Program-made: the position numbers and the translations under genes
Notes under the pieces: generated by a model
Database searches by the model: none
Seen by the model: only the letters and a program-made list of their open reading frames with translations
Told to the model about the DNA's origin: nothing
In this document: in pieces, positions 10,523-18,111 of the stretch
Layout of the letters: the number at the start of each line of letters is the position of its first letter
How positions within the stretch are numbered: the first letter of the stretch is position 1
From: Ginkgo biloba
Lineage: Eukaryota; Plantae; Ginkgophyta
Length of the DNA: 18,111 nt
Direction: 5' to 3'
NCBI GenBank assembly: GCA_024626585.2
Contig: JANKJI020000004.1
Span: forward strand, 69,055,507-69,073,617

Positions 10523-12327
10523 CTGTAGAAACTTGAGAAGGAATCGAATATAAACTTGAGTTGAAATTAAATAAGATGAAAAGGTTATCTATTAATTGCT
10601 AAGAAGGCATTAATTCTATTAGATGGAATAAATGGTGGAAGCACATTGTGTTCTTCTCGTCCTCCAAAACACTCCTCGAGATTATCATTGACTTTGCAAA
10701 TTGCCATGTCGAATTGTGACAAGAATGGTCCGAGTCCCTTTCTTTTAAAGTGAAAAAAGAGGGAAACTCAATAACTTTCCAACTACGCTAGAAAGTACAT
10801 GACGGACACATGATCCTCATGTTTGACCACTGTCGCCACCTTACCCTGTCAGTGTGTTAGGCATGCAATTGGCCGCTATCCGAGTTGGATGTCTAGGCTA
10901 TCCGTAACCTATCGTCCGGGTGATGTTTGGGACCATTGTCCAAGACTGGCGATCTTGACTGAGTTGTCTNNNNNNNNNNNNNNNNNNNNNNNNNNNNNNN
11001 NNNNNNNNNNNNNNNNNNNNNNNNNNNNNNNNNNNNNNNNNNNNNNNNNNNNNNNNNNNNNNNNNNNNNATTGCTACTCCCTGACTAGTTAAGAATATAC
11101 AAAAGCTGCCACCATTGAAAGTTCCTCAGTTTTGCAAGTTATAGACCTTGATGCCCCTATTTCCATCATTCTAGTCTTTTGAATTGTCTATTGTACAAAG
11201 ATTCAGGGGTTACCTGAGGGTGAGTAAACTTTTCCTTTCTTAGGTAATGACTATAGCCATTTAAAATCTTGATTCTTGTAAGAGATCTATACCCCTCTTA
11301 TCTATGAGACTCGTGCTTGGGGGGTCATACCCCTCACCATTTGCTTCAAGACCTCGGGGAGATTTGCTAATAGTGGAATTATGATGCTCACACTACTCCT
11401 TCTTTCTTCAACATGCCTCGAACATGAGCATTGAAATAAGGTCAGTCCATCATTCCCTCATCTTTGGAGAGTTGACCAAATACCAAGTCACTTCATACCC
11501 TGAGGGGGGTCTATTGGCTAGAGTTCCAANNNNNNNNNNNNNNNNNNNNNNNNNNNNNNNNNNNNCCGAGAGTGGCTTGTCCAAATTCTTGCACCACTGT
11601 CTATATGTTTCCCTCCATTGGGCCTATTGGAAAATAGAATTGGAATTGCACAAAAGTGAAGAATTACTCGAGTGACGTGCATCTAGACAATTGGGCTAAG
11701 GTGGCATCGTTGACCACAACAAATGGAACAATCTCTGAAAGCACTCTGGTGTCTTTATGTCTTCCAACACGCTTTATGAAATAATCATAAACTTCTTCTT
11801 TGGCATGTGCAACTTTGAGATGTAAAACAAATTAGTTAAGTCCTTAGATTTTAAGGAGGTGAGAAGAGGGGAGTTACCAACTTCCCAACTTCCATCACCT
11901 GGTTGGCATGCACAACCAACTTCACTAGCTTTCCATGGCATGCATCTTTAGTTGTTGTTTGGCACCTTGCCCTCTACCCTTGGTGCCCACTATTCGCCTA
12001 CATTGCCCAACCCTGTTGTCCAACTCAAGCTGACCAACCAGCACAGATCGACTATCCAGATGAAATCATTTGGAATGGATGTCGTCTATTCTAGTGTTGT
12101 TGCCTTTATGCCTTGAACCTTACGTATTTTGAAGTATTTGGCTCATCCCAAAATGCTTTAATCACCAGTAGTTCATCTTTTGTGAGGGGCTCATCCTTCT
12201 AATAGGGACAAACATTTGGTGTAACTTGGTTAAACTTGTGAACGAAAGTGACTTTCTAGTGGGGCCATAAAAAGTCCTTGTAATCTGGATTGATATATTG
12301 AACCAGAATTCCCCTCTTCGTACTTTG

Positions 12328-13232
12328 TTATGGGTGGTGCAATTTCAATTTTGAGCCATTAATCGACCCTTCTCTAGGTATTCCATCTAGATTAGCTAAC
12401 TACATGGCCCCGTTCCCAACGATAGCAGTGACAATAAAAGGGCCTAACCAACAAATCTTCAGCTTACCAAGTTTGATTGTTGCCCTGCCTTCGTACTTTA
12501 GAACTTGGGACCTTAGATGGATCTTCTATCGGCAGAGATGATGATCATGCCATTGTTTCTACCTCTTTTGCACGATGGATGTCACCCATTATGCCATCAG
12601 TCAACATTCATCCAATACTAGGAGTTTTTTTAGTCTCCCCTAGAGACTTGTCTCATCATCGAGTCAATTCTCTAAGCAATTTGCAAACTTGGAATAACAA
12701 ATTCTAGAGGCATTATAACCTCTTGTCTGTACACTAACTAAAATGGATTATGTCCCATAGTCACCTTATAGGTTGTGTGGAATGCCCATAGTGTTGTTGG
12801 GAGCCGTTTGGGCAAGTCCTTATGATCCCTCCCCCCACCACTCTCCACAAATTTATACAGTGTTGCTACCAACACTTTTTTTGTCACTTTCGCCTAACCA
12901 TTTGCTTGTGGATAATAGGGACTTCACTTGTGGTGTGAAATTTTGAACAATGTTGTTAGATGTTGAATCACATGATTGACAAAATGTCGACTTCTGTCAC
13001 TTGTTAATTTAAGAGGGTAGCCAAATCGCATAACTAAACATTCATACAAAAACTCTGCAGTCCCTTGCGTGTAACTATCTTTCGAGGCTCGTGTTTCCAC
13101 CCATTTTGTCAAATACTCAGTTGGCACTATAATATATTTACACTGACCTCGATGGGAGGAATGCTTGTTCGGACCAACAAAATTCAAGCCACAATGTTCA
13201 AACAACTCTTGTGGTAAGGTTGGATATAACAT
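12328..13232 (-). pseudogene. Degenerate Ty3/Gypsy integrase (core, C-terminus with GPF motif; no chromodomain seen)
   Basis: PQELFEHCGLNFVGP..YIIVPTEYLTKWVE..RFGYPLKLTSDRSRHFVN..SPYYPQANG*AKVTKK..TLWAFHTTYKVTMGHNPF*LVY..GKLKICWLGPFIV..NGAM*LANLDG..INGSKLKLHHP*. The second D (12996-12998) and the E-equivalent codon (12888-12890, now K) keep exact D-35-E spacing. The N-terminal HHCC zinc finger is missing. Confidence 0.95.
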
Positions 13233-14054
13233 GAGAGCTAGCATTAAGGATAGCCTGAATACCCCCATAAAGTATATAAGGAAGGCTAAGGAAGGCGTTA
13301 AACATCATCATTATTAGTGCTCAATATTGACTTCCCACTTAGGGTTGAAGGCGTCTTCTCCCCTAAAGATTTTTTCTACATTTTTCTAGCTTGCTGTCAC
13401 TCTTAGAAGTCACAGTTTTAGGATTGTTGTTGTCCTAGGCTAAGTTGTAATTTTTTTTTTTGCATTCTAGCCACTTTTTAGAGGAGTTTGAGAGAGAGAA
13501 AGACCCCATTGCTACTTGTAGTAGAAGTTGCCCTTATTCAAGGAGTTTTTATATCATTTGGAGCTATTTGGAGGCCTAGTGAAGCTAAGGAAGGGCGTTG
13601 TGTTGTTCTGGATGTTGTCTGGTTGAACCCTATACTTGTACTATGCACAATTTTGTACCTGTATTGTGCCACATTTGGATAAAGGTTGTTATACCTTAGA
13701 GGCTTCAAAAAGTGATGTTGTTGGGTAAGACTCCTACAACCTCTAGAGAGGTCAGAACACTAGGGTAAGCACCCTAGAAAGGTATATTTCTATTGCCTCA
13801 TTGATATTACTTTATGTAAACTGTAGTTCTGTTTATAAGTCTACATGGTCTAAATCTGTTTGCTTGAGTAATATGCAATCAAAAGGGCATGTAAACCCTA
13901 GAAATCTAGATTTAGACCTACTATAGTGAAACACCCTTAGTCAAAGGGTTAGTTCATGCAATTTGTGATTGATTATGCTAATGTTTGTTATTAGGGTTTG
14001 ATAGGGTACTCTTATTGTGTGCTGAATTTCTATATAGAACTCTAGAACCCTATC
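13232..14054 (+). mobile_element. LTR-like non-coding insertion truncating the integrase
   Basis: Begins TGAGAG where integrase homology stops; has TATATAAG at 13273, recurrent GCTAAGGAAG(G)GCGTT and ACCCTAG motifs, and no convincing ORF. The right end is lost in the N gap. Confidence 0.4.
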
Positions 14055-14154
14055 NNNNNNNNNNNNNNNNNNNNNNNNNNNNNNNNNNNNNNNNNNNNNN
14101 NNNNNNNNNNNNNNNNNNNNNNNNNNNNNNNNNNNNNNNNNNNNNNNNNNNNNN

Positions 14155-15712
14155 CTACATCAAGCATTCTAGGTTTCTTTAGATCAGAATCCAAAAGGGC
14201 TCCCTTCAAAGGAGATGGCTCCATTGTTGTATGCTACTTTCCTCGAAACCTGATCAAATTGTTATCCATGTCGATGTTGACACTTGTTTGGATCTTTGAG
14301 ATGACTTCAATGCTTGTATTGGCACCTTTTAAACTCCTTTGCACAACTTTTTCCAAGACGATTTGTGGCTCTATGAGTTAGACCATGTAGACTTTGGTTT
14401 AAAGAGGTAGTCGACAGACTCCGGGGCACCCATAACTTCCTACAGACGACATCTTAGACTTGGTGACTCACATGACTAGTTTATACTTGATAGTCTCCTT
14501 AGCTTTCCAGGACTCAATGTGTTTACTTGTTACCCTCACAAAGGGGGACTCAGTGTTGTGGATTATGCCCTTCATTAGTTTAGCTCTTTTACCCCATTTT
14601 TCTAACTTCCATGTCTCCCTATGGATCCCACTTGCGGATCATGCTTTTTGGTCACTGTCCCTCTACAATAACCTCCCTATAGACCCTACAACATTACACA
14701 ATTCCCAACACTAAGATGATCAATGCATTATGATCAACTTTGACCATATTTACAAAATCTCATTTAAGGAATGTCTTGCCTAACTTCTTCTAGACTTTTA
14801 TGCATAGCCCTTAGTCACTCTAAAATCTAAATTTCTCACATGTATCCTTTGGGAAGCCACCTAAGATTCCATTCCCCATACCATNNNNNNNNNNGTCTGG
14901 TCATTGCCCTATGAATGATTAGTTTGATGATGATTGTAAAACCCTTCAAACATAACCTTGTTCATCATCCCAATCAGGCTAATCATACCCATAGAGAGTA
15001 TCATCGACTTAGTAGATGAAAGAAACATCAATTCCTCTACCTTAGGAGGAAATAGCTCATGCTTGCACTCCAATACTCCCTGTAATCCTTTTGGAGAACG
15101 CTCCTGCCCTACAAGTCTCCTTGCCAGATCACAGATCTTGATATATGGACTTCTCATTCTTCCACACTTCACATTTCTACCAACCAAAACCCCATCTAGG
15201 TGTCTCCTCCATGCACTTGTTGTCGTTTCTTCGACTCTAATATTGTTTGGAAAGCCATCTATAAATCAATTACTAATAAAGTCATCTTCAATGAAAATTC
15301 GTGAAGCATGGTGTAGGCCCCCTAGGACATCCAATCGTTGAAGTCTTTAACAAGGTATCTTGCGTAGGTTTCCCCTCCTCTTAAACTCAACATATCATTC
15401 ACCTCATCCATAAAATAGGCAATGCCTTGAATCTAAGGAACTATATGGAACCATTGTGATTAGTTACACTTTGGCCAAATTGTATGCCATCGCCATTGAT
15501 GTCATCCTTTTAGACTGGGTGGGGAGTGCAAGTTCAAGAGCTAGATGTTGGGTGGGCTTTCATCAAGATTATCAAACAAAACAATTGACCATATTTTTAG
15601 TCTCAGAGCTATTCTAGAGGAGGCCAAACATCAATCCTCCAAAGTCTTATTGTTGTTTCTAAAGGCTTTTGATACAATACCTAGACATTTATTGTTTGAA
15701 AGACTTTGTACA
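14155..15712 (+). mobile_element. Degenerate non-LTR retrotransposon (LINE, probably RTE clade): APE endonuclease, linker and RT N-terminal half
   Basis: Endonuclease: IVVCYFP..DFNAC (14303)..FILDSLLSFPGLNVFTCYPHKGGLSVVDYAL (D at 14561)..PLADHAF (14634-14642, SDH motif). Linker: PMND*FDDDCK..SFWRTL. RT: FNKVSCVGFPSS*TQHIIHLIHKIGNALNLRNY..TIVISYTLAKLYA..GFHQDYQ..TIDHIFSLRAILEEAK..KAFDTIPRHLLFERL. Both ends run into N gaps. Confidence 0.92.
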
Positions 15713-15852
15713 NNNNNNNNNNNNNNNNNNNNNNNNNNNNNNNNNNNNNNNNNNNNNNNNNNNNNNNNNNNNNNNNNNNNNNNNNNNNNNNNNNNNNNNN
15801 NNNNNNNNNNNNACACCTGTTGCCACGATAGGTTTCAACCTTGGGGCCCACA

Positions 15853-16113
15853 TTTTGACATGGGATTCCAACCTAAGGATCTTATGGCTATAAGTAGCAA
15901 TACACTAAATCTAGTTCACTCAAGCATAGGTTTGTCCAACTTCACCGATGAATTTATTGAACACATCAAGTAGGTATAAAGGAAGGTTTAAGAGGCATTG
16001 GTGAAAAGTCAACAAAAATATGAAGTTGAGAATTACAAGCATATATATGATCACCAATTTCAAGTGGGAGATAGAACATGGCTACACCTACTTAAGGAAA
16101 GATTCTGAGGTAA
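15853..16113 (+). pseudogene. Second Ty3/Gypsy integrase C-terminal fragment (different family)
   Basis: FDMGFQPKDLMAI..EFIEHIK*V*RKV*EALVKSQQKYEVENYKHIYDHQFQVGDRTWLHLLKERF*G matches the ..Q.KYK..D.HR..F.VGD.VWLHL.KER segment that precedes the GPY/F motif. Confidence 0.8.
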
Positions 16114-18111
16114 TGTAACAACCCATCCTTATACCAATGCACTCTAATGGACATTTCTCTTATTTATAGATCTTATTAATGGCACACATTCGTCTTTAGC
16201 ATTTAAATCTGTCATTATGCAATATTCATTCATACTCATGACACATGCCATTAATTAGCATTGCGACAATATAAACATTGCATATGAACCATATCCAAGA
16301 CATACATGTGTCCATACATTTAATTGAAATGATAACTCATGATACATTTCTCATACATGATGAGTTTCAATTCATAATGCATCATGCTAATGAAAGTGCG
16401 GTCCTAAGGTAGAGTTGTTAGTACCACAATTCCACTTGCAATTATTCTGATATAATAAAGAGAGAACAAAGCGACTTACATAGAGTAAACAAAATGTAAA
16501 TTCAACCATAATTGTGCTATGTGGTCAATGCACATACAAGGCAATTATTTAATTATCTTAATTTATGGTCATAGTGTTAGATGGCATTGATTAGAAGGTT
16601 CTTAGCAAAGGGAGTTGTTAGACCAGGGTCGACTTGTAGCATGGACCTTAGCTTCCTATTACTTGGTTGTGGGGATCGCTTAATGGGCTTTACTATGTGG
16701 GCAACCAAACCTCTGATGCATAAATGCCAACCGTTAGCACCTATGGACATTTTACAACCTAGTAGACTCCACCCATAACTTTGCACTAGAGAGGATGTTG
16801 GGCTTAGGTCTATTTTCGATTTCTTTTTGGCATCAGGATAATTCTAACAGCTAGGATATCCATCCTACTCTGACAGTTATTTAATTATGTTGATTTCTAG
16901 TGGGGCTAGAATCCTACTAGTATGAAATGACCCATGGCTATAGACCATAGCTATCATGGCTACACAAGGACCATGATACATGAGTACACAAGAGCCATGT
17001 TGTGTATAGATACACAAAGCCTATAGACCCTATGGCTAAACTGGTAGTAGGAGGATGGGTCTCGATCCTCTTAAGGATATACAAAACCCTATTGTTAGTA
17101 AGCCCTAAAAAGTTGGACGTAAGAGCAAGATATAAACCTCAAATAGAGGTGCCTTGGGTCTAGGTGAAGGATCCCCCAATCGGTCTCTAGCTATAACCAT
17201 TGGTGCCCTAGATAAAGTCGCTAGGGTTTTTGTAGTATATGTAGGGCATATTTCAAAATTTAATGAATAGAAGATGTCTAGCATTTATTATCATTAACAA
17301 CACCATAAACAATCATAAATGCTATGANNNNNNNNNNNNNNNNNNNNNNNNNNNNNNNNNNNNNNNNNNNNNNNNNNNNCCCTAAGCATTAGGGCTTAAC
17401 TCCATAAACTGTGTATATATAAATAAAAAAAAAAAATTGTACATAAAACTGTAGAGACTATATTAATTCACGATAGCAGGATGTAATTGCAAAGCTAGGG
17501 TTTATAGAATACTCGCAAAGTAAGGATCTACCCAGACAAATGTCTCTGATTGATGCTACCAAATGCATCTAGGGGGAAAAATGCCCCTCCTCTGAAATAT
17601 CAAGTCCAACAACTTGCTTCGAATGAGCAAACCTTGCAGAATCCTCAACCAGAACGTAGTCGTTGCCTTGCCAGAATGCCTATGTCCTCTTTCAAGGGTT
17701 GGCAGTGCCCCAAACTACAACAAAGATCTTTGAAACACCTCTATGGAGGTCGCCTTTCCTTGGAGAAGATATTTGAGCACTTAATGATGTGGAATAGTTT
17801 TCGGGTCAATGCTATACTAAAGACACCTTGGCTCCACAACATGTAGTAAAAGTGGCAGAATAGACCGACAACTTCTTGAGTTAGCAGAAAAAGGCCAAGG
17901 TACAAAACTTTGATAGAGAGAGGTGAGGTGCGTTTTTTAGAGGAGGAAAATGAAGATAGGAGTTCTTGAAACCCACAGTGGCCCAGGCTCCATCTCCCAC
18001 TTAAGGGATGGACTTAACATTGGGGCTTTCCTCATGCTCCAAGAGCCCTTTGTGGTTCCAAGCTAACATGTCACTAGCTAAAAGGAGGTGGCCTATGCTG
18101 GACACCCCTTA
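16114..18111. mobile_element. Long LTR-like sequence starting TGTAACAACCC, inserted into the integrase fragment
   Basis: The TGTAAC(A)ACCC terminus, typical of Tekay/Del-like Gypsy LTRs, lies exactly where integrase homology stops. The following 2 kb are non-coding with degenerate subrepeats. The other end is not visible, so extent and orientation (possibly minus) are uncertain. Confidence 0.5.
16933..17038. repeat. Degenerate ~24-26 bp tandem subrepeat
   Basis: Core TACACAA at 16961, 16985 and 17011, with recurrent CATGGCTA/CCATG/CTATAGACC elements. Confidence 0.55.

Larger units (their letters stand above)
285..18111 (+). other. Putative very long TE-filled intron of the FeSOD gene (end not in window)
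   Basis: The next expected exon (xWNHxFFWESMxPGGG) was not found by eye in the non-N sequence. It could be hidden in an N gap, or the gene could be truncated. Confidence 0.5.

Noticed and set aside
10922-10939. GAT GTT TGG GAC CAT (DVWDH), resembling the SOD motif DVWEHAYY
   Set aside because: The flanks (SVTYRPG and CPRL) do not match SOD (PLL.I and AYY) and there are no suitable splice sites; judged coincidental.
14155-15420. Minus-strand semi-open frames with a gag-like FIDGFPNNIR segment, including ORF 14909..15187
   Set aside because: Fully explained as the antisense of the plus-strand LINE endonuclease/RT.
15545-15973. 142-aa ORF appearing to fuse LINE RT with Gypsy integrase
   Set aside because: The two halves are separated by an N gap of about 100 bases, so there is no evidence of a real fusion.
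16933-17038. Regularly spaced short repeats as a possible CRISPR-like array
   Set aside because: The context is eukaryotic TE sequence, the shared core is only 7 bp, and there are no unique spacers or cas genes.
17542-17566. Minus-strand TGGTAgcatcaaTCAGAGA resembling a tRNA-Met PBS (TGGTATCAGAGC)
   Set aside because: Needs a 7-bp insertion to match, and no LTR end is independently supported there.

Overview
This is land-plant nuclear DNA from a gappy scaffold (many N runs); the retroelement types suggest a gymnosperm or fern, which is inference. The only host-gene sequence is one internal exon of an iron superoxide dismutase (FeSOD/FSD) gene at 104-284 (+). The ORF track misses it because it has no start codon and contains a small N gap. 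No further FeSOD exon is visible in the remaining ~17.8 kb, so the rest may be a giant intron. That stretch is filled with decayed retroelements: a probable solo LTR with a 5-bp target-site duplication (1318-2730); Ty3/Gypsy RT-RNase H (+); gag-protease joined to the RT thumb by an internal deletion (-); a plant-mobile-domain-like accessory ORF (-); two integrase fragments, each apparently cut by an LTR-like insertion; and an APE-endonuclease/RT LINE fragment (probably RTE clade). All TE coding regions are pseudogenised, largely by C>T/G>A changes. I see no clearly new biological system. The best leads are the TE-filled FeSOD intron and the accessory ORF with an in-frame splice acceptor. All translations are manual and family assignments are from recalled motifs, not database searches.
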